64,000 nucleotides of DNA. It comes from the human T2T-CHM13v2.0 reference genome, Homo sapiens. The notes beneath the pieces are model-generated. The model searched no databases and had not been told where the DNA came from. It saw nothing but the letters and a program-made list of their open reading frames with translations. Made by a program: the position numbers and the translations under genes. Shown here one piece after another: positions 42,280 through 55,539 of this stretch; position 1 is the stretch's first letter, and every line of letters begins with the position of its first letter. The stretch is taken from assembly GCF_009914755.1 (NCBI RefSeq), contig NC_060936.1. The stretch is one strand, 5' to 3'.

Positions 42280-44250
42280 GCCACTCTGCGAAGTTTGGCT
42301 GGGGTGGGAGTGGGGGCGGAGCCGGGCAGGGGGCGGATTCCGCAGCAGCAACTCCCCAGACGCGCGCAGGCCTCAAAGCCCCCCAGCTTCAGTGCCCCCT
42401 CGACCCTGAAACTTGGAGCAGGGTGGGGGTTCAGTATGAAGCCCCCGGACCGCCCCGCCCCTGGCCGCACTGACCGGATACTGGGGGTCATGGGGGGCAT
42501 GCTGCGCGCATGCGCCCTCCCTGGGCAGGAGGGGGTAAGAATGGGGGCTCGCGGTGGGGTCGGGGGTCTTTCGGGGCCTTCAGGAGGGCTGCACCCACAA
42601 CTCAACTTATCCGAAAACGAGTTCTGCGGGGCAGTCGCAGGAATACATGAATTCTATTACGAGGGCCATAGCCCCGTTCTGGGCGAGCCTTTTATAACAA
42701 TGTGGGTTTTGACAGGTAGGAGAAGGGGAAGGGGGAGGTCAGGGCTGCCTAGGAGGGCAGGTTCCTTACAGTGGTTCTGTCCCCGCAGCCCCCAAGGAGA
42801 AGCCCTCTAGGGTTGGTGGGTACCGAGCCAGAGTCTGAACGTACGGAGGGAGATCACAGAAGGGATCGCGAACATGAGGTCCTCGCCGGGGCTCTGCAGC
42901 CCGGTAAGAAGCTGGGGGTGGGGTGGGGCACAGTTTGCTATCCTGCGCCAAGTGGCGAATTCAAAAATATTCTATTCTTATTAGCATAAAGTTCGCATCT
43001 AATTTGCATGAGACCCATTTAATCGCAGAGACCTCCACTCTTCTTGCCTTCGAGTCCAATGTGTGTCCCCCATCCCAGTCGATCCCGAGCCCTCGCAGGC
43101 AGAGTGTCCCCGCGCCCCACCCCTGGCCCCTCGCCAGCCCGGGCTCCAGGACTTCGCCTTAATTGGCGATTAGTCTTAGCTGGAGTCCCGGGGCCTGGAG
43201 GAAAGAAGGGTCCTGAGAGAGGGCGGCATCTGGGTTGTGTTCACCCACAAAAGACTCCCCATACACGCACCCCGTACCAGGGGGCCTCTGTCCACTCGGC
43301 CGGGGACAGCCCCAAACCCAGAACATCTTCGCACAGGCCAAGGCCCCATCCACTGAGTCCTCCTTCATCGCAGAGGCCAAGGGGAGACCTGGGCAGACCC
43401 TGCAGACAGGCTGAACCCCGACCCCAGCGCTCCGCAGAGCCCGGGATGCGAGAGGGAGGGGGACCCCGGGGCAGGGGAGCACGGGCTGGGGAGGGGAAAA
43501 AGCGCTGGGGACGTGGAGTGGGAACGTGGTGGTGTCTGGGGGAGGGGCGATCGGGGCGGGAACCCGGCGCAGGCAGGAGGGGGAACGCGATGGAGAGGGC
43601 GGAGCTGGGCCGCAGAGGCCCCGCCTCGTGGCGGCCCCGCGGCCAGGCCTGTTATTCAGCTCTCCGCTCCGCTGGGACCCGCACAGCGCCAGTGGCTCGG
43701 GGGTCGGCCCTCGCCTCCTCCCCGGCCCGGGCCTAGAGCCACCCCTAACCAGAGGCCGGAGACAGCTGGAGCGGCTGCCGCATCCCGGCCCAGCCTCCCC
43801 TACCATCCCTCCCCCTTCCACTGGACATCTGGACCCTAGGCCCCCGCACCGACAGGGTTCCGGAAACCCTCCCCGCCCAGCCCGGCGGCCGGGCCCCGCG
43901 CCTCTCTCTCTCTAGAGCCCCCAGCCCTCCTCAAGACTAGACTTCCGCCTACCCCTGGACACCTCCTCCCGGTCCCCTCCCTCCCCCCCTCCCACAGCCT
44001 GGACCGGGGTAGGAGGGAGGGGGGGTGTGCGCCCGGCGCCGTCCCCGCCCCGCCCCCCGTGATTCCCCCTGCATGGCCGGCCCGGGTGGGGGGCGCGGGG
44101 GGGCCCGGGCGCCATGCGGGGGGGGCACAAAGGGGGTCGCTGTGCCTGTCCCCGTGTGATCCGAAAAGTGCTGGCAAAATGCGGCTGCTGCTTCGCCCGG
44201 GGGGGACGTGGTGAGTGCCAGGTCGAGAGGGTCCAGTGTTGAGTGGGGGG
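42280..44250. promoter_or_regulatory. CpG island holding the distal and proximal ARHGEF25 promoters
   Basis: Very CpG/GC-rich; GC boxes at ~42313 and ~42330; NRF1-type GCGCATGCGC at 42506-42515; octamer ATTTGCAT at 43002-43009. Confidence 0.8.
42436..42903 (+). CDS. ARHGEF25: ARHGEF25 alternative 5' coding exons (619-aa isoform)
   Basis: Exons 42436-42534 (MKPPDRPAPGRTDRILG...QEG|gtaag) and 42789-42903 (PPRRSPLG...ALQP+g|gtaag, phase 1). They join exon 45149 in frame; 71 codons replace 32, giving 619 aa. Confidence 0.85.
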
Positions 44251-47200
44251 CGGGCTGGGGGTTCAGGGCATCTGTTTGCCCTGGCCCTTGGGATTTAGGG
44301 TTGGAGACTGTATGTGTTTTCCAGGAAAGTGGTTTCTTAAGTGATCCCTAAGGTCCCTTCTGCCTCCAAATTTCTGTTAGTTCAAGTTAAGGAAATAGGG
44401 GAAGGGGCAGGGAACTCATCTCTTTCCCTTTGTCAAATGGGTTTGAGAAAAACCCACCCACAATCCCCTTAGGCCTAGAACCGATTATTTTCCTCAAACC
44501 TTTTGCTAAGAATCTACTTCTGAAGAGGGACAGGAGAATGGAGGAATGAGAATGAGGTGGTTCTACAAGGGGCTTTATAAGGAATCACAGCTCTCTGTCG
44601 CTGAGCACAGGCCAACGATAACCCTGATGGACCCTCCTCACTGGCCTCCTCTATTGGGTCTACGCATGTGTTGGGGAGGTGGGCTGCAGAAGTCTTTTCT
44701 TTTTATAGTGATTACTGCAATTGGTGGAGGAGGGGACTGGGAGTGGCAGATGGACCCAGCTCATCCTCCCCTCTTCCCAGAGAATGGTCTGTACCCATTG
44801 AAAGAGGGAGGGTTGTAGGAGAGCAGATGGCCACCCCCAGCTTCCAATGTCTGCCCAGATGGCTGCCCCCACCCCCATATCTATGCTATGCTCAGGATAT
44901 GGGGAACCTCCACATGTAACTGGGGGTTCCAGGCCTGGAGAGCCAGGCGTTTACCTTACTGTGCTTTCTCCCAGGGGTGCCCTGGTGAAATTTTCTATCC
45001 TGGCCAACTCAAATGAGGATGGCAAGAGAGTGAGCCCTTGGAGAGAGAGGCTGAGCATCATGAAGAGAAGACCCTGGGAGTTCCCTGGGGACCCTGAGTC
45101 TGGAGCTGGGGCAAGGTCTATCACCTCCTCTCTTTTTCCTCCCATTAGAATCCTATTCCATTGCGGGCAGTGAGGGGAGTATATCGGCTTCTGCTGCCTC
45201 CGGTCTGGCTGCCCCCTCTGGCCCCAGCTCTGGCCTCAGCTCTGGCCCCTGTTCCCCAGGCCCCCCAGGGCCCGTCAGTGGCCTGAGGAGATGGTTGGAT
45301 CATTCCAAACATTGTCTCAGTGTGGAAACTGAGGCAGACAGTGGTCAGGCAGGACCATATGAGGTGAGCAGGGAACGGCACCAAAGCATGTGGGACATCT
45401 ATGAAGGACACTGGCAGAGAGGGCAAGTTGGGGCCACCCAGCTACTGTCCCCGACCTCTGACACTTGATTTCTGGCCCCCAGAACTGGATGTTGGAGCCA
45501 GCTCTAGCCACAGGAGAGGAGCTGCCGGAACTGACCTTGCTGACCACACTGTTGGAGGGCCCTGGAGATAAGACGCAGGTGTGAGGACAGGCTCTGGGGA
45601 GGCTCCTTTCACTCAAGGGGCATTCGTTTGCTCACCCTAGGATGTTCTTTCCTTCCAGCCACCTGAAGAGGAGACTTTGTCCCAAGCCCCTGAGAGTGAG
45701 GAGGAACAGAAGAAGAAGGCTCTGGAAAGGAGTATGTAAGTGTCCACAGCCCTTCCCTGCAGTTGCACAACTTCCAGAAGACTGTCCCTCACATTTTAGA
45801 TGGAATTTCCTCCAAGGTTGGCTATGATGATAAAGGGGAGGAGGGAGGAACGGGCTGAACCAAGGATGAGCTCCGACGCTGAAGTGGGGGCCTCCTCCTG
45901 CTTTCATCCTAGGTATGTCCTGAGTGAACTGGTAGAAACAGAGAAAATGTACGTGGACGACTTGGGGCAGATTGTGGAGGTAGCTCCCTTTACCCCTTCC
46001 CAGCCCCTCCTGCCTGCTTTTCCATCTGCCCAGGGCTATTTTCAGGAGGTGCCTGGGCGCTCCTCTGTCCCACCTCTCAAGCCTCCCCACTCCTGGACCT
46101 TCCTACTCTGGGGGCAGGGCGGCTCCCACCAGGGAGGGGGAGGTGGAACACACCCTGGATTTGTGTACAGGAGCACCATTAAGGTGGGGAGAGGGCCACC
46201 ACATGCTCATGACCCAACCTCAACTTTCCCACAGGGTTATATGGCCACCATGGCTGCTCAGGGGGTCCCCGAGAGTCTTCGAGGCCGTGACAGGATTGTG
46301 TTTGGGAATATCCAGCAAATCTATGAGTGGCACCGAGAGTGAGTGGTGGAACTCTGACAGCTAGGTGCTGGAGAGGGGCCCTCATCTGGTTGTCCTGTAT
46401 CCTAACATCAGCCCATTGCGACTTAAGGAATGTTTGGAGAAGTTTTGTAGGGCACACTACCAGGGCAGACAGCTCGAAACTGCTGGGAGTGGGCGAGGTG
46501 GGGGTTGTGAAATGTATTTGACCTGCTGCTTCTCTACCAACCCCTCCAGCTATTTCTTGCAAGAGCTACAACGGTGTCTGAAAGATCCTGATTGGCTGGC
46601 TCAGCTATTCATCAAACACGTGAGGCTTGAGGGGGCAGGGCCTGGGGCGGGGCTTAGGAATGGGCTGGGATTCTCTGGAGATGCGTCCTCCCTCCTTGCC
46701 CACCCTGCTCTCTCTTAAACATTACCCCTGTTAGGAGCGCCGGCTGCATATGTATGTGGTGTACTGTCAGAATAAGCCCAAGTCAGAGCATGTGGTGTCA
46801 GAGTTTGGGGACAGCTACTTTGAGGTCAGTAGCTGAGATGTCTTGGTGGGAAGGAGGACAGAACTGGGGCTTTCCAGGCTGCATAACCACCCTGTCCCTG
46901 TCCCCAGGAGCTCCGGCAGCAGCTGGGGCACCGCCTGCAGCTGAACGACCTCCTCATCAAACCTGTGCAGCGGATCATGAAATACCAGCTGCTGCTCAAG
47001 GTCAGGACCCCCTTTTTCCTGGGGGCACAGCTGGCTGGCACAGCTGTTTCCTCATTCATCTCCCCAGGGTTCTTAGGGCTCCCCCAGACTTCCTGAGGGC
47101 CCTCACTGGTGTCCTCAGGGGAGGATGTGAGAGCTTCTAAGGGTGTCCTCGTGACCTCCCTGAGCATTTCTTCTCTCTGTCTTAGGATTTTCTCAAGTAT

Positions 47201-49113
47201 TACAATAGAGCTGGGATGGATACTGCAGACCTAGAGGTGAGGACCCCAGATCTTCCAGGACACACCATGTGCTCCTTATCCTCCTAGTATCTCATGGGTT
47301 CCCCCAGCCCCTTGGGTGGTTTACAGCTGTCTGGTTTTTAGGGGGAGGCTGGTTGGGGTTGAGATACCGTCTGAAGAGGCAACTGGCTGAGGAGGCCTCT
47401 TTCCCAATAATGACTCTCTTCGCCCAACAATGCGCCTCCCTCACCTGTGTCCCAGCAAGCTGTGGAGGTCATGTGCTTTGTGCCCAAGCGCTGCAACGAT
47501 ATGATGACGCTGGGGAGATTGCGGGGATTTGAGGTACGGAGATAGGGCAAGAAACTGGAGGCCCGATGCTCTTCTGCCCCAGCCCTAGCATTCAGGAGGT
47601 CCTTATGGGGAGTTGTCTTCTCCTGGGGCTGACCCCATGGTTGGTTGGGCATGTCAGGCGAGGAAGGGAGGAGCAGAGAATTGTCCTTTTTCTTGTTCTT
47701 TTTCCAAGGCCACTATCCTTTTGGTTTCAGGGCAAACTGACTGCTCAGGGGAAGCTCTTGGGCCAGGACACTTTCTGGGTCACCGAGCCTGAGGCTGGAG
47801 GGCTGCTGTCTTCCCGAGGTCGAGAGAGGCGCGTCTTCCTCTTTGAGCAAATCATCATCTTCAGTGAAGCCCTGGGAGGAGGAGTGAGAGGTGGAACACA
47901 GCCTGGATATGTATACAAGAACAGCATTAAGGTGGGGAGAAGGCCACGAGGGAGGGCTTGGAGAGAGAGAGGGCATGAGGCCTCTGAGAGGATGTCTCAG
48001 AGGAGCCAGGGAGGGCCTGAGGAATCTGGGGGCTGTCTCCTATCTGCCAATTCAGGTGAGCTGCCTGGGACTGGAGGGGAACCTCCAAGGTGACCCTTGC
48101 CGCTTTGCACTGACCTCCAGAGGGCCAGAGGGTGGGATCCAGCGCTATGTCCTGCAGGCTGCAGACCCTGCTATCAGTCAGGCCTGGATCAAGCATGTGG
48201 CTCAGATCTTGGAGAGCCAACGGGACTTCCTCAACGGTGAAGCTCTCATCCTTTCTTCCCGATGTGCTCTCTCAGCCCCTTAACCTCCTGAATCCCTCAC
48301 TGCCCAGTCTCCAGTACCTACCCTCTGACCATGGCCCATCCCCTTTTCCACTGCTAGCTCAAAATTTGATAGAATCCCCTAAAGCCCTAAGCAATTGACA
48401 TTGGCTGACAGGGAGGGAGGGCAAAGTGGGAGAATGATACAGGCCCTAGGGAGCAGACCTGTCTCTGCGGTAACCCTCCTTCTGTTCCTCTCTTTGCTCC
48501 AGCATTGCAGTCACCCATTGAGTACCAGAGACGGGAGAGCCAGACCAACAGCCTGGGGCGGCCAAGAGGGCCTGGAGTGGGGAGCCCTGGAAGAATTCAG
48601 CTTGGAGATCAGGCCCAGGGCAGCACACACACACCCATCAATGGCTCTCTCCCCTCTCTGCTGCTGTCACCCAAAGGGGAGGTGGCCAGAGCCCTCTTGC
48701 CACTGGATAAACAGGTATGACGAATAGAGCTCCCTCATTGTAGGGATAAAAAGGGGAGAGCCTCTCTTGTTCTGGGACCCCAAGTTCCCTCCCCATATCA
48801 TTCCTTCCTTTTATCTGGTCCTTCCTACTTCCCATCCCTTACGCTTCTCCCCTCTATTTTAACTCTGGAGAAGCTGATAGTCTCAGACAGTCTAAGATAT
48901 CTAGCAAGAGGAGGTGGCTTGGCTAGGGACTTAAACTGAAAAGAGAGAAGTGAGGGTAGATTTCTGGCCTTTTTGATCCTCTGACTTGAATCTTTTCTTC
49001 AGGCCCTTGGTGACATCCCCCAGGCTCCCCATGACTCTCCTCCAGTCTCTCCAACTCCAAAAACCCCTCCCTGCCAAGCCAGACTTGCCAAGCTGGATGA
49101 AGATGAGCTGTAA
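44114..49113 (+). CDS. ARHGEF25: Rho guanine nucleotide exchange factor 25 (p63RhoGEF/GEFT), DH-PH, 580 aa, 15 exons
   Basis: Exons 44114-44210, 45149-45363, 45483-45578, 45659-45735, 45913-45979, 46235-46338, 46550-46619, 46735-46824, 46908-47000, 47186-47236, 47456-47533, 47731-47931, 48056-48236, 48503-48714, 49003-49113; sum 1743 nt. gccATG start, N-terminal KCGCC, DH motifs [13 protein letters not shown] and [15 protein letters not shown], and [12 protein letters not shown]. Confidence 0.97.
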
Positions 49114-49441
49114 CTGGTGAAAACCATGGGGGTGGTGCTGACTCAGCCGCCTATTCCCCAAGGAGCTTCAGGGCAGTCCTTCTGGCACTGCTCCAGAATT
49201 CCTCCTTCTTGGTGTGTCTGGAGGGTGGGCAAGGCTGGGAGGGATATCAACTTGGAGGAGAACACCTAGACCCAAGGACTTTTTTCTGCCCAAGGAACAC
49301 AGTTTCCTTCAGCTCCCATCCCTATGCATGCATCATGGTCCCCCCAAAAGGAGGATATGTGGGTGGGTGGGAGGGCTGGGGCAGGGGCCAGATAGAAATT
49401 ATTGGTTTTGTTTTTTAATTTTGTTTTTCCTGTTTTCTGAG

Positions 49442-49447
49442 AATAAA
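49442..49447 (+). terminator. ARHGEF25 poly(A) signal
   Basis: AATAAA about 330 nt after the stop, with a T-rich upstream element. Confidence 0.85.
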
Positions 49448-49703
49448 GGTTTTGTTATATCACCGAGGCTGCTGTCTTGGCAGAGGGAAGGGGAGGCTGT
49501 AGTGGGGGTAGGTGGGGTGAAGTGATATGGAAGAGATCGGTTGGCCCCAGCCATTGGAGGAGGGGGTCTGGTGAAAGGAGAAGGGGACAGGGTGTAAGAT
49601 AAAAGATGTTGCTATCTTTGTCCCTCAACTGCAGTTGCAGCAGTTGAGGGACAAAGACTGAGGCATGGAACCACTGGAAAGCCCTTAGATTCTTCTTCTT
49701 CCC

Positions 49704-49831
49704 TTTTTTTTTTTGTAGAGTTAGGGTCTCACTATGTAGCCCAGGGTCTTGAACTCCTGGGCTCAAGTGATCCACCAGTCTTGCCCTCCCAAAGTGCTGG
49801 GATTGCAGCCATGAGCCGTTGCATCTGGCCA
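49704..49831 (-). mobile_element. FLAM/Alu monomer
   Basis: Reverse left-arm consensus flanked by tagattctt repeats. Confidence 0.85.
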
Positions 49832-50660
49832 GCCCTAGATTCTTGATGTATCCTCTTTACCCAGCCCTTCTTTTTCCCTACCCACCCTCTGGTCTAGACC
49901 CCACCAGAAAGCCCAATGCAGTGTGACTTCTCACCATTCCCCCAACACCCAGATACGAAAGCACAAAATGCCAATGTACCTTTCCTTCTGAGGCTACCAT
50001 GTTCAGCTGAGGGAGGATGGGAAGGTGGAGAGGATCCTGGGGGCTGAGACCTTTTCCTGGCTCTGGGTCTCCTTATCTTTGCTCTCTGCGAGGTCATAAG
50101 CCATGTTCATAGTGAGCAGAAGGGGATTCTTCTTCAAGCCATGGACCCAAGAGCGGACAGCCCAAGGGGATCTTCACCCCTCCCAACTTCTGGGAGAGCC
50201 GCTGGAACAGAGCGAGCCAAACATTCACACAGCCATGTCCAGATGCCCTGTCCTGGGTCCTTAATGCATCTCCGAGTCCACTGTATCCATTCGTCCCTTG
50301 GGCTCAGTCACGTGCACTTGGGCTTCCTCAACAGACAATAGACTGCTGGGGTGGGAGGGTGAGGAGGAGACCTGGAGCCTCCCTGTGGGCCCGAGGTCCC
50401 TTTAGCCGATAATAGGGAGGGATTCCTAAGGGGGGTACAGGATGTAGCGCCCAGATAAGACTTCTGCGGAACAATAGGAGGAACTGAAGAAGGGAGACCC
50501 ACCCTCACTGCACCCCACCCCCCGGGCTTTGGGGTCGTGGACTGGGGGACCAGAGGATCATGGGGAGGGGTGCCGAAGATTCTTGTGAATGGGGGTGGAG
50601 GATCATGGCAAACAGCAGGATTCTGGAGTTAGAACCTTTATATTTCTTTAGGAACCATAG

Positions 50661-51057
<397 letters not shown>

Positions 51058-51639
51058 TGTGAAAAGCATTTGAATGTGATAAATGGTGCTTCAGTTTTTT
51101 TGGTTCCTAAGAAAAAAATATCCTGTGGGTTCAGTATTTCCCCTGAGGCCCTGAACTAGGCCCAGCCACTCCTCACAGAGGTGTGGGTGCTGGTTCTGTC
51201 ATTATCCCTCTCCAATACATGTGGCTGCATTCCATGTCAGTAGGACATGAAACTGCTTTTTGGAACCAGCTGTGCCCCATGAAGATGTGGGTCTGGGTGA
51301 GGTTCAGGATGGGCGCTGAACTTTTTTGCTCTGGCTGGGAGAATGTAGTGGCTCAGGGAAGGACCAGTGACCCAAGAGGAACCAGCCTCTCTCTCCGCCC
51401 AAGGTGCCGATGGGGAAAGGAACCGGGAGTTAAGTGAAAAGTCTAAGGAAGGGTAAATAGCGGGTGTTGAGTGTCGGGGTGCGCTTGCCTTTCGGATTCT
51501 CTCTCTCTAATATCTACACATTTCCACAGCCACCCCAGAGCCAGCGATCAGATCCGGCCAAGGATGTCTGCAGAAACGCCTAACATAGAGACTCTCCCTC
51601 TCCAAGCCGCAGCTCTCGCCAGACCCGAGAAGGTCCTCA

Positions 51640-51754
51640 AGCGAGGGTGACCTCAGGGCCGGATTGGACCCTGCTTCGTGGGAGGCGGGACTCAGGGCTT
51701 AGCGGGCGGAGGAGTATTTAAGACCGGGCGGAGTTGGAGGTGGCCAAGGGCAGA
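51640..51754 (+). promoter_or_regulatory. SLC26A10 core promoter (CCAAT, GC box, TATA-like)
   Basis: Inverted CCAAT (attgg 51663-51667), gggcgga ~51703 and TATTTAAG 51716-51723 lie just upstream of ATG 51755, in a CpG-rich region. Confidence 0.6.
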
Positions 51755-52979
51755 ATGAGCGGGATTCAGGGCACCAGGACCTACCCAGGCGCGGGGGACA
51801 CCTCTGACCTTAAGTACCCCTTGGCGACCAGGCTCAGGGAAGCTCTCACCGAGGCTCGGTTCCATCAGCTCTTCAGGGGCGAAGAGCAGGAACCGGAGCT
51901 ACCTGAAGAGCGCGGCTTTCCCCGGCTCTTCGGGCTGTGGAGGCTGCGGGCTCGCGCTTGTTCCGGGACAGGGGCGTGGCGCCTGCTGCTGGCTCGGCTG
52001 CCCGCGCTGCACTGGCTGCCCCATTACCGCTGGCGGGCCTGGCTGCTCGGAGATGCGGTGGCCGGAGTGACCGTGGGCATCGTGCACGTGCCCCAGGGTG
52101 AGAGGCCCTAACAGCAGCCTGTCGGGAGCACAAGCTCTAGAGGGCTTCCGGGAGGAGGCTTAGGGAGCTGGGAATCCTGGAGCAGATGGTGGGTTCCTAC
52201 CGTCGAGGGTGGGAGAGAGGGATCTGAGGCCAAGTTTGAGGTAAGGACTGTGGAGCTCCATCAGATCCCCATCCCCACCTCCCCTCATCTGCGCAATCCT
52301 GCGAGAAGCCTTAGACAGGTTCTGGCTCAGAGAACCGGAGAGAGGCACAACGCCTGGCCCCCAGGACTTGGCCACAGCGTCCCTGACCTTGTCTGCTCCA
52401 TGACCTCTCACTGAGGCCCATTAACCCCTCAGTTCCCTGATGAGGCTTGATTTAGCATCCTTGATGTCAGCTCCTAAGAGTCTGGGAAGTGCATTTAAGT
52501 CCTGGAGGTTGGACAAGGCCCCCTCCCCACAGCACACCTTTCCATCCACTTCTATCCCAGGCATGGCTTTTGCTCTCCTGGCCTCCGTGCCCCCGGTGTT
52601 TGGACTCTACACTTCTTTCTTCCCCGTCCTCATCTACAGCTTGCTAGGTACTGGGAGACACCTGTCCACAGGTGAGTGACCAGGGACTTCCAATGACTCT
52701 TCTTCCCTATGGGATGAAAATGGACAGGGGCTGTTATTTCCCTTCTTCCTAATTTCCCTCTTCACCTCTCCTACCTTCACCTCCCTCCTTGCCCAACCCT
52801 GCCAGGAAACTGACCTAGGCAATGCTTGCTAGAGTGGGTGCAAAGAGGTGGGAGTTTACCTGAACTTTTTTCCCCTATGAAATTTGGTTAAAATGAACAT
52901 CTCAGGGACTTGGAAGGGGAAGAATAGGTGCATGGTCCCCCAAAGGGGCACGCAGTAGGCAGAGAATCTGCAGGAGGGA

Positions 52980-54250
52980 GCAGTTTTTGCCGGCTAGCGC
53001 AGCTCTTCGCGCCCCACAGTCTTGACGGGGCAGCAGCCTTCTTGGAGAGCCGAGTCTGGCAGCAGGATCTCGGACCCAAGGCATGGACCCTGAGCTGCTG
53101 CCCTGCCCAGGGCTGCACAGCTGGTGATGTCTGCATTTGTCCCCCGGCGGCAGGAACTTTCGCCATACTCAGCCTCATGACAGGCTCGGCCGTCGAGCGG
53201 CTGGTGCCGGAACCCCTCGTGGGGAATCTGAGCGGAATCGAGAAGGAGCAGCTGGACGCTCAACGGGTTGGGGTAGCCGCGGCCGTGGCCTTCGGGAGCG
53301 GGGCGTTGATGGTGAGGGAGGACCCGGGGAGGAACCCGGGGGGATCCCTGCTGAGGGGCCAGGGAAATTGGGCCGGGGAAGAGGGAGGGACCAGCTTTCG
53401 GCTTGGGTTCGGGAGGGCGGAGGTGCGCGGGGTTGGTTTGCTCCTCCTCTAGATGGTGACAGCGCGTCTTCTCCCCCACAGCTGGGGATGTTCGTGCTGC
53501 AGCTCGGCGTCTTGTCCACCTTTTTGTCCGAGCCTGTGGTCAAGGCGCTGACCAGCGGGGCCGCGCTGCACGTGCTCTTGTCCCAGCTGCCGAGCCTCTT
53601 GGGGTTGTCCCTCCCGCGCCAGATCGGCTGCTTCTCTCTCTTCAAGGTGGGGGTGGAAGAAGAAAGGAGAAGGGGCTTCTAGAGGTCCCGTGAATAGGGA
53701 AACTCGAAAAGGGAGGAAGGACGGAGGGTGGAGGGGTAGTATGTGACAAGGGAGCAGGAAAGGAGGTTGGAGCCACGTGGCTGAACGAGGGCGCTGAGGA
53801 GGTGTAAGCCCTGGTGGCACTGGGTAGAGAGGGCCTCGCTCTGGGGGTCCCGCGCCGGGGCGCATGAGCCCTGGCACGGGGCCCTCTGCTCATCGCCCCT
53901 GCCCTCAGACGCTGGCCTCCTTGCTGACTACGCTGCCTCGGAGCAGTCCGGCCGAACTGACCATCTCCGCGCTCAGCCTGGCGCTGCTCGTGCCGGTCAA
54001 GGAATTGAACGTGAGATTCCGAGACCGGCTACCCACGCCGATCCCGGGGGAAGTCGTCTTGGTGAGGATGGCCGTGCGCGCCGGCCCCCTGCCCGCGCAG
54101 ACCCTGCGGTCCTGTGGGAACTGGCCGCTGCCGCCCCCTGGTGGAGTGCAGAGAGGCCACGGAACAGAGGGCCGGCTCACACTTTCCTTGGCCTCCTGCA
54201 GAAGGACGCTTTGACCTTCCACAGCCCCCCTCGACACTGTCCCACGTCTC
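52980..54250. promoter_or_regulatory. Intragenic CpG island over SLC26A10 exons 3-5
   Basis: Dense CpG in exons and introns. Confidence 0.6.
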
Positions 54251-55539
54251 TCACGGAGCACCCCCTAGACCTCTTGGAGTTTCCTCTGCCATCCTACAGC
54301 GCTCCCTTGAGGTCTTGCTGGTCACAGCACCTTCTCTGACATCTGTCCTCACCAGGGTCCTTCCCTGTAATTCACAGTGCATCTCCCTCTCCACCCTCCA
54401 CCGACATTTCTCTCTCTCCCCAACTAAATAAACGTTCCGCGTCTCCACAGATGCCAGTATATCACTAGATATCGTCCAGCTTCCCTCTTTGGAAGGCTCA
54501 GTGGCATCTCTTCATATCCACCATCCTTCACAGAAGCGTCCTCTTACTTCCACGGCTCCAGGCTCTGTGGCCTCAGGCATATGTCATCCCTCTTTCCCAG
54601 CTCTACACTACAAATCAGTTGTCAGGCCCTCATCCCAAACACATCCCCGCTCCCCCAGGTGCTGGGCTCCTGCAGCCAGCTAGGCCTGCATTATGGTCCT
54701 CTCTCATGGTCAGCCCCTTCTAGCTTCTGCCAGGGACCCCATCTCTTCCCATGCCTTCATTTTGCTCTCTTTTTCAGGTGCTTCTGGCCTCCGTGCTCTG
54801 CTTCACCTCTTCTGTGGACACAAGATACCAAGTCCAGATAGTGGGGCTGTTGCCTGGAGGGTAAGAGAATGAAAAGATGCCAGCTTTCTCTTCTCCCACC
54901 TCTCCCACCCAACACTCCCTCTTATCTCCACCCCCCATTTTCTCTGCCTTCCTTATCTCACTGAAGCACCTAACCCCTCCTCACCATGGATCCCTCCCTC
55001 TCCAGATTTCCCCAACCCCTCCTCCCCAACCTGGCTGAGCTGCCCAGGATTCTGGCTGACTCGCTGCCCATTGCACTGGTTAGTTTTGCGGTGTCTGCCT
55101 CCCTGGCCTCCATCCATGCAGACAAGTATAGCTACACTATTGACTCCAACCAGGTGGGACTCTGACTGTGGACCCCAACCCTCTCATTTGACTTCCCACC
55201 ATGCCTTTGTCTCTCCCACTTCATCTCACTGTATCCCTCCAGGAGTTCCTGGCACATGGTGCCTCCAACCTCATCTCCTCCCTCTTCTCTTGCTTTCCCA
55301 ACTCGGCTACGCTGGCCACCACCAATCTACTGGTGGATGCTGGTGGGAAAACACAGGTAAGAGGGCATCCTTGGATGAGGAGAAAGGATGGGCCATCCAG
55401 GCAAGGTGGCGGTGGTGGAGAAACAGGTGGAAGATGGCTAGAATCCCAGGTGGCACCTATATAGAGAAGACTGGGGATCTGTGAGAAAGGGTGACTGAGG
55501 GGATGGAATTATAGATAGGAGAGATGGAAGATAACAATG

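Noticed and set aside
43655-43690. REST/RE1-like halves (ttcagc ... acagcgcc), and a lone ggacagcgcc at 36829
   Set aside because: The left half is degenerate and the spacing is non-canonical; not supportable from sequence alone.
43044-43915. Long overlapping ORFs (230 aa +, 220 aa -)
   Set aside because: Low-complexity Pro/Arg/Gly ORFs expected from stop-codon scarcity in a CpG island; no recognisable domain.
52440-52560. ATG 52440 (MRLDLASL...) as the native SLC26A10 start
   Set aside because: It lies in intron 1 and omits the conserved TM1 motif GDAVAGVTVGIVHVPQG encoded by the upstream exon.
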